A stretch of DNA of 24,000 nucleotides from a virus (lineage: Duplodnaviria > Caudoviricetes): positions 1 through 24,000 of IMG/VR virus record IMGVR_UViG_3300032024_000072; one strand, given 5' to 3'. Below are positions 7,402-15,697 of the stretch, in pieces (position 1 is the first letter of the stretch; each line of letters starts with the position of its first letter). The notes beneath the pieces were generated by a model. The model was not told the origin of the DNA, did no database searches, and worked only from the letters and a program-made list of their open reading frames with translations. A program made the translations under genes and the position numbers.

Positions 7402-10164
7402 TTATTCTCCGAATACAGATTTTAGATTAGCAGTAATAAACTCTTTAGACGAGCCATATTCTGATAATAGAAACTTTTCTAATTGGTCTTTAGGGCCAAC
7501 TAATTCAACTGATGGCCATTTACTAGAAGTATTTTCATCAATTAGTTTGCTAACAATACCATACTGTTTGCGCAGATATTTGAAACCGTCATCAGACGCA
7601 GGGTCTCCTGAATAATCAAGGTCTGTCCATTCTAGTGTAATTGAATGTAGCTCTTCAGTCATTTTAGCAAACATATTCTTAGCAACTGGCACTGACGGGA
7701 TAATGCGTTTAATAGTGCGTTTTTTCTTACCATTCTTACCTGTAAAGAGGCGTTGTGGATAAGTTGCGATATCACTGGAGCTTGTTGTAGTTGCTGCTAC
7801 TGGAGCTACATCGCCTTCATCTTCTTTTACTTCCTGTCTTGATTCTTCTGGATAACGAGCAAATTTGTTTTTACGATTAAAATCACGTTTCTTTCTAACG
7901 ATTGGTTTTCCATTCATAAACTTTAGAGCCTGAGTTGGTATGGTAGGTTTATTTTTATTGGCGGAATTTCCCTTATTTACTGAGGTTGAATTAGCAGATG
8001 AGGCATCCATCTGAGTGCCAAAATCAGCGAAGGTTGCGACATCACTAGAAGACAATGCATTGCCCATAGTTGTCAAACCCATTTCGCTTTCAGCCAAATT
8101 TGATAGATTTAGTAATAAGTTTTCATTCATATCAGCCACTGAGTGTTTGTCAAGATTGTTTTCTTTACTCGCTGCCATTAGCGTTGCATTAGCCAGAATA
8201 CGAATTCTGGAAAGTAAAGGTGATGACGGTGAATGTTGTTGAAGATAATAAAACACTTTAGCAATAATTGTATTCTTATCACTTAAAGAAATATCATCCC
8301 AATGTCTAATACCGACTATAGCCATATTTATGGCTTGTCCGCGAGTATCTAATCTAACGGCAATCAATTTAGCTGTTTCTTCTTGAAACTCCCAATCTTG
8401 AATCAAATTTGAGCTGGTTGATAAACTCTGATGGAGCTTTTTAACCCGTGGTGCAGTCAATCTTCCTGCCAGCTTTTTCAAGGTTGGAGCTACTTTAGGA
8501 GATAACAATCCTTTCATATCAGCCAAGAATGAATTGAATACCACATGCCCCCAAAAGTTAAGTGGGCTCATAGATTGACTATGAGTCTTCATTGACGCAT
8601 GAGCAGTATCACGAAGCATTGATGCAGCTTGTCTATCTTTAGCACGTATTAGCAGTTGAGCAGCAAGAAGAGTAGCAGTATATGCATGGCATATGTCTTC
8701 AGCCGTTAGACTTTTAAGAGTCTGCAGTGGAGGATTGCCAATGCTTTCTCCTAAGAAGCTTTCTTGAAGCTTTCTGCCATGAAGTTTGTAAATAATTGGT
8801 CCGTATAGTGCCAATACCAAATCTGTAAAATCTCGACTACGACCGACTTCTGAAATCTGGTCGTCTAAGTCAGATAACGTTTGAGCAAATACCAAAAGAT
8901 TCTGTTTGATAGATTCTGGAGTTTGAGCAACTTTGTCTCCATCGCCAGTAGTCAATTCGAAACTTGTTGCGGACTGTTTGAATTCGTCTCTCTTAATCAG
9001 TATCTGCTCTTTAGAATACGTTAGGATGGCTTGTATCTTGGTGCGCACTCCATTGAAGTTGAGTTGGTCTAACTGTTTAGCAAAGGCTGCGGCAGTGGCA
9101 CGTGGGTTAGCACCTCGTAATAGCTTGAAGACCTTAGTAGCTGATTGATACAGCGATAACTCAGGCACTCCAATAAAGTCTGCAATACGTTGTTGAGCAA
9201 TCCCCATTATACCACCTCTATCTTCTAATGAGGCGTGTTTGTCATTAGAGCGTTGAAAGCCAGAAATCTCTCGTTTAGCTATTGTATCAAATTTTGAGGT
9301 GGCTGTAAAATCATCTGACGCTATCCATACCGCATCAGAGCCTTTATGTAAAAGACCTGCACCTGTAGAAAAGTTGTCTTCTATTTGAGCAAGTAATTCT
9401 GATTTGATAGGCAGTTTGTATTTGACTGTGATTTGCTTGTTTATCTTCTCACGTGCAGCTTTAATGGCCTCTCGTTTTGGCATTGGTATTTTAGTCAAAT
9501 CTGCAGCTGCAACATCCATATTGGTGATTTCAAGACCCACCCGTCCTGCTGCTTCACTTGGCTGTGCTAAGAATGATTGGAGTTTCTTAATGATTGAGTT
9601 AAGTTTTGGTGTTGAAAGCATGTGACCAGTTTCGGCTTTGGCGTGTTTGATTTGCCATTTGACCAACTCTTCTCTCACTTCTAATGCTTCACCATCCTGG
9701 GTAACCAACAGTTTAACTCGAGCTTGGATATCTTTGCTACTTAGTTTTTCAGCTAAATTCAATGCTGCTTTCTTATCAGGAGCACCTATTTCTCCAACAA
9801 CTCCTCTTACCAAATAGATAACGTTTTTAGCAGAGTCCATTGCTTCTGGTGGCAATGAAACTATTTGAGCTTCAATTGCTTGTCCTGATTCAACAAACTC
9901 TTTGACTGTATTAGCAACTTTTAATAGAGCGGCATGAGCTGATTTGAAAGAATTGCTCTGTGCATCTTGAGGATAGTCAGATACCTTGTATGAAAACTTA
10001 GTCCTTTTTTCAGGAGAGAATGGGCTCGTATAGAAGTTGCCATCTGAATCGATGCCAATGAATAATGTCAGACCATCTGCTTGCGCCGTGATAGTATATT
10101 CACCAAGCTTTTTAAGTTGTTTCAGAAAATCCTTAATTGGGACATCTTCTAATTGTGTTGCCAT
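7402..10164 (-). CDS. Large multi-module protein, putative virion-internal; N-terminus resembles a ligase-type nucleotidyltransferase fold
   Basis: 920 aa; first gene after a late-promoter motif; N-terminal LED...TITAQADGLTLFIG.D..G.FYTS; internal LQE, LGE, MNE, LAE, VKE, MTE sites. Confidence 0.6.
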   Translation of the reverse strand: MATQLEDVPIKDFLKQLKKLGEYTITAQADGLTLFIGIDSDGNFYTSPFSPEKRTKFSYKVSDYPQDAQSNSFKSAHAALLKVANTVKEFVESGQAIEAQIVSLPPEAMDSAKNVIYLVRGVVGEIGAPDKKAALNLAEKLSSKDIQARVKLLVTQDGEALEVREELVKWQIKHAKAETGHMLSTPKLNSIIKKLQSFLAQPSEAAGRVGLEITNMDVAAADLTKIPMPKREAIKAAREKINKQITVKYKLPIKSELLAQIEDNFSTGAGLLHKGSDAVWIASDDFTATSKFDTIAKREISGFQRSNDKHASLEDRGGIMGIAQQRIADFIGVPELSLYQSATKVFKLLRGANPRATAAAFAKQLDQLNFNGVRTKIQAILTYSKEQILIKRDEFKQSATSFELTTGDGDKVAQTPESIKQNLLVFAQTLSDLDDQISEVGRSRDFTDLVLALYGPIIYKLHGRKLQESFLGESIGNPPLQTLKSLTAEDICHAYTATLLAAQLLIRAKDRQAASMLRDTAHASMKTHSQSMSPLNFWGHVVFNSFLADMKGLLSPKVAPTLKKLAGRLTAPRVKKLHQSLSTSSNLIQDWEFQEETAKLIAVRLDTRGQAINMAIVGIRHWDDISLSDKNTIIAKVFYYLQQHSPSSPLLSRIRILANATLMAASKENNLDKHSVADMNENLLLNLSNLAESEMGLTTMGNALSSSDVATFADFGTQMDASSANSTSVNKGNSANKNKPTIPTQALKFMNGKPIVRKKRDFNRKNKFARYPEESRQEVKEDEGDVAPVAATTTSSSDIATYPQRLFTGKNGKKKRTIKRIIPSVPVAKNMFAKMTEELHSITLEWTDLDYSGDPASDDGFKYLRKQYGIVSKLIDENTSSKWPSVELVGPKDQLEKFLLSEYGSSKEFITANLKSVFGE

Positions 10165-10203
10165 TGTATATAAATCCTAAATAGAGGGCATATTATTAAT
10201 TGA

Positions 10204-10211
10204 TATTTATC
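10204..10211 (-). promoter_or_regulatory. T4-like late promoter motif (GATAAATA)
   Basis: ATAAATA just downstream of a terminator and 40 nt upstream of the 920-aa gene; T4 gp55 consensus is TATAAATA. Confidence 0.65.
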
Positions 10212-10218
10212 ATACCCC

Positions 10219-10244
10219 AAAAAGGGGGTCAATAAACCCCCTTT
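10219..10244 (-). terminator. Intrinsic terminator after the primase/helicase unit
   Basis: 9-bp stem aaagggggt / acccccttt, 6-nt loop, U-run on the minus strand. Confidence 0.8.
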
Positions 10245-10266
10245 ATAGTATCTTTAAATAAAAAGA

Positions 10267-10542
10267 TTATTCAGCAGGTGCCGCTTCTACCGGAGCTTCT
10301 TGAGCTACAGCTTCTTCTGTAGGAGCCGGAATTTCACGTTTCAATTTTTCAATCAAATCACGATTCAATTCACGAACGGCTGATTCAGCGCGACCAGCTT
10401 CCAATCTAGCTTCTTGAGCTTTTTGCTCCCAAAGACGGTGAATACCAACTAAGTTTTGGACTTCTGGAGAGAAGATACTCAATTCATATACAACGCCATC
10501 AACAGTGATAGTTGGAGCAGCGGCTTGTGTTACTTCAGACAT
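10267..10542 (-). CDS. Small coiled-coil hypothetical protein
   Basis: 91 aa; GAGG SD; TITVDGVVYEL followed by a helical segment (DUF6447-like from memory). Confidence 0.75.
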   Translation of the reverse strand: MSEVTQAAAPTITVDGVVYELSIFSPEVQNLVGIHRLWEQKAQEARLEAGRAESAVRELNRDLIEKLKREIPAPTEEAVAQEAPVEAAPAE

Positions 10543-10571
10543 GTTTATACCTCTAGGTTATGTTTACAAAA

Positions 10572-11939
10572 TTATTTGCGATGGACCAAATCTAGAAGAT
10601 TTGGTTTTTCTGATGATGAATTGTTAAACTTTTCAGCACCAAAAAATGAGTTATTCGTATTTAAAATAGTATTTATAGGTTGACTTTTAGCAACAAGAGT
10701 CAACCTTTTATCAGGGTCATCTAAGGTAGTTACTCGTAATGCAATAGGGTCCCATTTCAGGGCTGTTTGAGAGCCAACACCACCAGAGTTTCTTGTTTTG
10801 ACAAACTCAAACATGTATTCTCCAGCAGCTCTCATCTGCTCTGATTGTATAATGGCAATCATTGAATCACATGTTTGGATTTTAGAAATACCACCTTGGA
10901 TATGCTGCTGACCAATTCGCTCAGCTTCCCAAGATGCTCTTCCTAACTGAGAAGCTGTAATAACTGCACAATCTTCTTCTGCACCAATTGCTCTCAATTC
11001 TTCTGATTTGTATTTGTCTGCTAACCAAATATTATCACCTGAGATACCACGATTAGTAGCCATCAAATCAACATAATCCACCGCAATAAAGTCAAGCTTA
11101 ATCTGTGGATGGGCCTGTCTAAACTCTTTGATGTAGGCTCTAATGTGATTAGCTGTTGTGACAGATTCAGGCATTCTCTTAATAAACAATTCACCGATAT
11201 TGCCATTGTTTTTATATCGATTCACTCGAGCTGCTACTTCTTCGATATTCTTTAGAATATCGCCTTGACTCATCTTAGTAACCATTGAGTCAAATCGTTT
11301 TGCAACAACTCTATCTGCTAATTCTAATGAGAAATAAATCCCATTATATCCCTGTTCAACAAGATTGACTGCAAGATTGGCCATACAGATAGACTTGCCA
11401 ACACCAGAAGCTGCAGCAAACAACAACATTTCCTGTCTAGCAATACCACCACCGAGAGCTTCATCAACATCTGCCCAGCCTGTAGACATTGTTGGAGAGT
11501 TGTCAAGTAGGTCTCGTAATCTAGATGAGACATTGTCAAAGTACGATATGCCCAAATCTTTATTGAGCGAAATAGATGCAGCGGCTTTGATATTCTGCCA
11601 AACAGTTTCTAAGTCGCCTTTCTCAATTAAGTCAGGACCTGCAAATACAGCATCAATTGCTGCTGATACTTGGCAAAACTTTTCTATCTCAACTGAGACA
11701 TATTCTTGCTCAGCTTTAGTGATTGACGTAATATCTGCCGATAGCCCAGTTTCTGCTTTTACAATATTTGGCTTTGGTATCTCCTTGTAAGTTTCAAAAA
11801 AGTCTTGAATAAATGCAACAGACTTTTTAAGAGATGGGTCAAAATAATTCGGTTTTATAATGCTATTACATCGTGCAAATAATTCAGCATTTCCTAGCAA
11901 TAATTCAATAAGTATTTTTTGCTTTTCGATATCGAACAT
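10572..11939 (-). CDS. gp41: Replicative DNA helicase (DnaB / T4 gp41 family)
   Basis: MSTGWADVDEALGGG, Walker A ASGVGKS, YFSLEL, Walker B IAVDYVDLM, ITASQLGR, KTRN. Confidence 0.95.
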   Translation of the reverse strand: MFDIEKQKILIELLLGNAELFARCNSIIKPNYFDPSLKKSVAFIQDFFETYKEIPKPNIVKAETGLSADITSITKAEQEYVSVEIEKFCQVSAAIDAVFAGPDLIEKGDLETVWQNIKAAASISLNKDLGISYFDNVSSRLRDLLDNSPTMSTGWADVDEALGGGIARQEMLLFAAASGVGKSICMANLAVNLVEQGYNGIYFSLELADRVVAKRFDSMVTKMSQGDILKNIEEVAARVNRYKNNGNIGELFIKRMPESVTTANHIRAYIKEFRQAHPQIKLDFIAVDYVDLMATNRGISGDNIWLADKYKSEELRAIGAEEDCAVITASQLGRASWEAERIGQQHIQGGISKIQTCDSMIAIIQSEQMRAAGEYMFEFVKTRNSGGVGSQTALKWDPIALRVTTLDDPDKRLTLVAKSQPINTILNTNNSFFGAEKFNNSSSEKPNLLDLVHRK

Positions 11940-12924
11940 TATTATCCTGTATGAAGTTTAGTTTCAATTTAGCTTTAGTTTCATCATTTATTTTCCCTCG
12001 TAGAAGCTCGTAAACGGTCCAGATTTTACCATTCTGGACAACACTATCGCACACATCACCTTTAATTATTGGGACAAATGTAATGCTTCCTAATTTTTCT
12101 CGTATCACTCTTTGACCAAGAGCTTTACCTTTTATGTCTTGGTCAATGACAAATATCAATTCGCGCTCGGTTTTTTGTAGTAATTCTATTTTGGCATCAG
12201 ATAATGTGCTGCCCAATAAACCAATTCCTCCCAAGTGAAGCGCATCGAATACGCCCTCACACACAAATAGTGGAAGTCCTCGATTTCTGAATAGCTCATC
12301 GGAGTTGAATAACACTGCGGATTTCGATACCTCACAGTTTAGGTATCGTGGATTGGCATTGTCAATTGACCGAGCCTGCCAGTATATGATTTTACCTTGA
12401 CGATAATAAGGTATTATAACACGTCTTGCAAACTTTTTGTTAGTCAGAGAGGCGAAGAACGGATAGTCGTGAATGGATAATCGTCGTCCTTCAAGATACT
12501 TAGCAATAGGATTAGACAATTCAGATGGGCAATTGACGCCATCTACCCTGATGACTCCCTCTGGTAATTGGACTTCAGGAGTAAAGAGACTGACCTTTTG
12601 GAGTGATTCAGACGTGATAACCTTATCGCCATTCTCATGCTGATTGATTAGCAATGTCGTTCGTGTCTCATTCAACTCTCTATCTGATACTCCAAAGTCT
12701 TTGAGTATCTGGATAAAAGTTTTAGACATTAGTTTGCCTGATGACGAATCAAATCCACCACGCGTAGGGCAATTGAAACACGAATAGAATACAGAATCGC
12801 CTTCAATCTTCCAACCTCCTCGCTCCTTATAATCATTACAACAAGGGCATTTAACCTGATAGAAGCCAGTATTAGACTGACGACCTAGTGGTATTTTAGA
12901 CAGTATAAGGTCTTGAATCTTCAT
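11905..12924 (-). CDS. gp61: DNA primase (T4 gp61-like)
   Basis: Zn-binding CPCC...CFNC; RVIIPYY..GKIIYWQARSI; TOPRIM VCEGVFDA and DQD; adjacent to the helicase. Confidence 0.92.
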   Translation of the reverse strand: MKIQDLILSKIPLGRQSNTGFYQVKCPCCNDYKERGGWKIEGDSVFYSCFNCPTRGGFDSSSGKLMSKTFIQILKDFGVSDRELNETRTTLLINQHENGDKVITSESLQKVSLFTPEVQLPEGVIRVDGVNCPSELSNPIAKYLEGRRLSIHDYPFFASLTNKKFARRVIIPYYRQGKIIYWQARSIDNANPRYLNCEVSKSAVLFNSDELFRNRGLPLFVCEGVFDALHLGGIGLLGSTLSDAKIELLQKTERELIFVIDQDIKGKALGQRVIREKLGSITFVPIIKGDVCDSVVQNGKIWTVYELLRGKINDETKAKLKLNFIQDNNVRYRKAKNTY

Positions 12925-12940
12925 AGTGTATAAATGGAGA

Positions 12941-12975
12941 AAGAAATGGGAAAGCTAATCACTTTCCCATTTCTT
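12941..12975 (-). terminator. Perfect 14-bp hairpin between transglycosylase and primase (terminator or processing site)
   Basis: aagaaatgggaaag / ctttcccatttctt with a 7-nt loop; pyrimidine-rich 3' side on the minus strand. Confidence 0.7.
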
Positions 12976-12979
12976 CACA

Positions 12980-13648
12980 TTAGCTCAGTGTTGTGCTAAA
13001 TTGATGACGGTTAATATGACCTCGTACTAACTTAACGTATGGTAGATTCCACGGCTTCTTTAAGTTTGCTGCTCCGCCAGGGCCAAGGTTGTAGGCGGCT
13101 ATAACAGTATCATCATTGTGATATATGTCATACATCCATTTTACATACTTGCTTGCAACGGCTAGACTGAATTTGTCGTTTGTTGCAAGAGCTGAGTAGA
13201 GATTTCTATCGGAAACTCCAAATTGTTGTTTTAGTTCTGGATATTTTGTGAGGATTGCTAAGGCAGTTTTGACCTTCATCTGACCTAGTCCAACGGTTTG
13301 GTCACATGCCTTTTTATGCTTGGCTGTTCTAAAGTTTTTAGCAGCACCAGCAGCACTCTCCTGCATAATTATGCCTGATAATATCTCTGGTTTTTTGATC
13401 CCGTCATGCTCAGCTTGTTTATATGCCGTCATGAGGATGGACCGTTGATAATCAGAAAGCGGTTTTTTGTCAATACTATTTGTTGATTTTGTTGCATGAC
13501 CACCACTTTCACCCTGGTGCTTCGTTTTTACCACTTTCCCAACATGTCCTGCCTTCTTCATGACGTGATAAACGTGTTGCACCTTTGCCGAGCTTGCTGA
13601 TGACCATAAGGCCATTAACAACACGGTTAAGGTTAACGTGTTTTTCAT
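12980..13648 (-). CDS. Lytic transglycosylase (SLT domain) with signal peptide; T4 vs.1-like; start revised to ATG 13648
   Basis: MKNTLTLTVLLMALWSSASSA signal-like N-terminus; IIMQES, GLGQM and AAYNLG motifs; GAGGG SD before ATG 13648. Confidence 0.88.
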   Translation of the reverse strand: MKNTLTLTVLLMALWSSASSAKVQHVYHVMKKAGHVGKVVKTKHQGESGGHATKSTNSIDKKPLSDYQRSILMTAYKQAEHDGIKKPEILSGIIMQESAAGAAKNFRTAKHKKACDQTVGLGQMKVKTALAILTKYPELKQQFGVSDRNLYSALATNDKFSLAVASKYVKWMYDIYHNDDTVIAAYNLGPGGAANLKKPWNLPYVKLVRGHINRHQFSTTLS

Positions 13649-13913
13649 TTTTCCCTCTCTATACAAGGTTTAGAGCATCAAGCTAAGGGTCATTCTCAAC
13701 AGATAAATCAGCAGACTGAGTCCTTACCTAATGGGGTATCTTTCCTTCGGGGTTTTGGAGATACCGCATCACCTTAGAGTTGTAGGAGAATAAGAAGCTT
13801 TGAATGCTTCTCCACTCTAAGGTCAAAGATCGAAAGACATTTTAAGCCCTTCTGTTTTGGCTAATTAGGTAGCCGCCTTACTTACTATTCCCAAACTTTT
13901 CAGCATAGGAATA
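13649..13913 (-). ncRNA. Candidate structured 5' leader / cis-regulatory RNA
   Basis: Non-coding; at least five stems (13886-13913, 13859-13874, 13771-13823, 13735-13765, 13657-13675) plus 8-nt long-range complementarity (13864-13871 with 13725-13732). Confidence 0.55.
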
Positions 13914-13915
13914 AG

Positions 13916-13923
13916 TATTTATA
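13916..13923 (-). promoter_or_regulatory. T4-type late promoter TATAAATA
   Basis: Exact consensus on the minus strand, just downstream of a terminator. Confidence 0.75.
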
Positions 13924-13945
13924 GTGGTTTTTTCTTAAGAAGCAG

Positions 13946-13980
13946 AAAAAGCTATAATTCTACTTTGTTAGAATTATAGC
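13946..13980 (-). terminator. Intrinsic terminator after the Thg1-like gene
   Basis: 12-bp stem gctataattcta / tagaattatagc followed by UUUUU on the minus strand; a second 10-bp hairpin at 14002-14027 overlaps the stop codon. Confidence 0.8.
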
Positions 13981-14022
13981 GATATTCCATTCAGATTACT
14001 GTTTAATACTACCCTAATAGTA

Positions 14023-14814
14023 TTAAAGGTTGAGAATTGGCTCGGCCTTTTCACCATCAAACAAAACACCAACCTTGTTAAAGACTTTTGTTAGCTGAGG
14101 TATATCCAGCCTTTGGATTTCGGACCTTCTAACTGGGCCGTTAGGTCGATGGTTAGCCGGAATAGTTTCCATTTCTTCTTCAGTCAATTCTCTAAAGACT
14201 TTAACCTTCGTAAAGATTGAGCCACGTTTCAATCTCGGCTCAAGTTTATTCCAGTAAAATCCAGCTTCAGTTTCAAGTAGTGCAATCCTAGCAACTGTTG
14301 ACATGTTATCAATCTGAGATTGATGGAAGAGTGCATGAGCTGCCATATTGACACTATTCTTAGAAGCGTCCATTTCTCTCCACATCACATTCTCGGCTAC
14401 AGTTTTCAAGTCAGCCACTTGCCAAATACGGCAATCAAATGTTGGCACAACTTCAGTAACCCATTCACGTGAGAAGATTACTGAGGCATATGCAGACATT
14501 GAAGATGTCAACTTTTGGACACGGCCATCAAACATGTCAAGTAATTTCCAACCGAGAGTTATTTCATCTGATTGGACATATGCGAATGACGCATTAAACT
14601 CTTGAAGCAACGCTTTCGCCGTCTTTTCCATCGCCGTAATAAAACCGAGGTCATACGGCTTTTCACAAGTCCTCGTCAGAGTATGAAAGGCTCTACCGTC
14701 AAGACGCGCAATAACTGGCACTCCTGGAATAAGATTGCTTTCAGACATTCCTTCAAGTTTCTTATGTTTATCGCCAAGTGCATCAAAATCTAAACTTTGT
14801 TTTTCATTACTCAT
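14023..14814 (-). CDS. thg1: tRNA(His) guanylyltransferase Thg1-like protein (3'-5' RNA polymerase); start revised to ATG 14814
   Basis: ARLDGRAFHTLT, YVQSDEITL, FDGRVQKLTS, FDCR, WREMDASKNS; ATGA overlap with the upstream stop. Confidence 0.92.
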   Translation of the reverse strand: MSNEKQSLDFDALGDKHKKLEGMSESNLIPGVPVIARLDGRAFHTLTRTCEKPYDLGFITAMEKTAKALLQEFNASFAYVQSDEITLGWKLLDMFDGRVQKLTSSMSAYASVIFSREWVTEVVPTFDCRIWQVADLKTVAENVMWREMDASKNSVNMAAHALFHQSQIDNMSTVARIALLETEAGFYWNKLEPRLKRGSIFTKVKVFRELTEEEMETIPANHRPNGPVRRSEIQRLDIPQLTKVFNKVGVLFDGEKAEPILNL

Positions 14815-14990
14815 TTTCTTAATACTCCCCAAGATGAGCCTACTGGCTGAGTATCAAAACCATTCTTTCTTAATTGATTTGCAACCCATACAGCTATTTG
14901 CTCATTCGTTTTACCGACAAACCAAGCATTATTAGCCACAGTCATAGCAATCTGGAATGTTATATCAATCAGTTCCTGTTTTTTGCCCAT
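14811..14990 (-). CDS. Small hypothetical protein; probable start ATG 14990
   Basis: GGAG SD before MGKKQELIDITF; coupled to thg1. Confidence 0.7.
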   Translation of the reverse strand: MGKKQELIDITFQIAMTVANNAWFVGKTNEQIAVWVANQLRKNGFDTQPVGSSWGVLRK

Positions 14991-15394
14991 TGTATTATTC
15001 TCCATATTTTGCTTTTAGTCTGTCTAATTCAGCCAATTCTTTTTCTCGAAGTGCTTCAGCTTGCGCTATCTTCTTTGATTGACCACGAGCAGCCTTATCT
15101 TTCCTAGCTTCAAACTCGTCATTAGATTCTTCACGAGTGCCAACACAAATTACTCGAGAGCTGCCATATAAAGACGGTGAAATCGTTAGGTGTAGATTTT
15201 CATGTTGAGAGCCCGCCTCATTGAAACGACTCATTTGTGCAATGACATCATCTGGCGATGAGTCGTTAAGCCAGTCAATACTCATAACTGCAATAGTTTC
15301 AGTAATTTTGTGCTTTACCATTTTACTGTCAACAAGTGCTCGGCGCTCTGCATATGACAGTTTCACTTTATCTTTGCCCATCGTATTATTCTCC
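14982..15394. repeat. 22-bp direct repeats (21/22 identical) flanking the 128-aa gene
   Basis: tttgcccat(t/c)gtattattctcc at 14982-15003 and 15373-15394. Confidence 0.85.
14995..15381 (-). CDS. Hypothetical early protein
   Basis: 128 aa; AGGAG SD; directly downstream of an early promoter; charged helical C-terminus. Confidence 0.8.
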   Translation of the reverse strand: MGKDKVKLSYAERRALVDSKMVKHKITETIAVMSIDWLNDSSPDDVIAQMSRFNEAGSQHENLHLTISPSLYGSSRVICVGTREESNDEFEARKDKAARGQSKKIAQAEALREKELAELDRLKAKYGE

Positions 15395-15416
15395 TACATC
15401 ATTAGTATATGAGTCT

Positions 15417-15446
15417 ATCATATCAAACTTTATTGTAAAAGTAAAC
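15417..15446 (-). promoter_or_regulatory. T4-like early (sigma70) promoter
   Basis: gTTTACT-17 nt-TATGAT with extended -10 TG and an A-rich upstream tract. Confidence 0.8.
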
Positions 15447-15510
15447 ATTTATTTTGTTAACTACTTAACATTTTCTGTATGTATAATACTAATCAGAAGC
15501 TTAATCCTAA

Positions 15511-15696
15511 TCACCCAGTTTTAATACAGGTGCTTTTAGTAATTGAAATGTTAGGTCCAATTGCCTTCAGATTCTCAATCACCTGGGATGACCCTGATTG
15601 ACACAGCGCCTCGCTCTTAAAGTCGCCGATTGTGATTGATGCTATGTCTGTATGAAATTGGCTAGCTATAACATAAAGGACGATAAGTGAATACAT
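15511..15696 (-). CDS. Small hydrophobic/exported hypothetical protein; probable start ATG 15696
   Basis: MYSLIVLYVIAS hydrophobic start and two Cys; begins just after the upstream stop (15698-15700). Confidence 0.65.
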   Translation of the reverse strand: MYSLIVLYVIASQFHTDIASITIGDFKSEALCQSGSSQVIENLKAIGPNISITKSTCIKTG

Positions 15697-15697
15697 G

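Noticed and set aside
13667-14022. tRNA, tmRNA, hammerhead ribozyme or c-di-AMP riboswitch
   Set aside because: No cloverleaf or T-loop, no CUGANGA core, and no recognisable ydaO consensus by eye.
15452-15490. Plus-strand promoter around TATAAT at 15482-15487
   Set aside because: No convincing -35 at correct spacing and no credible plus-strand gene downstream; an antisense transcript cannot be excluded.
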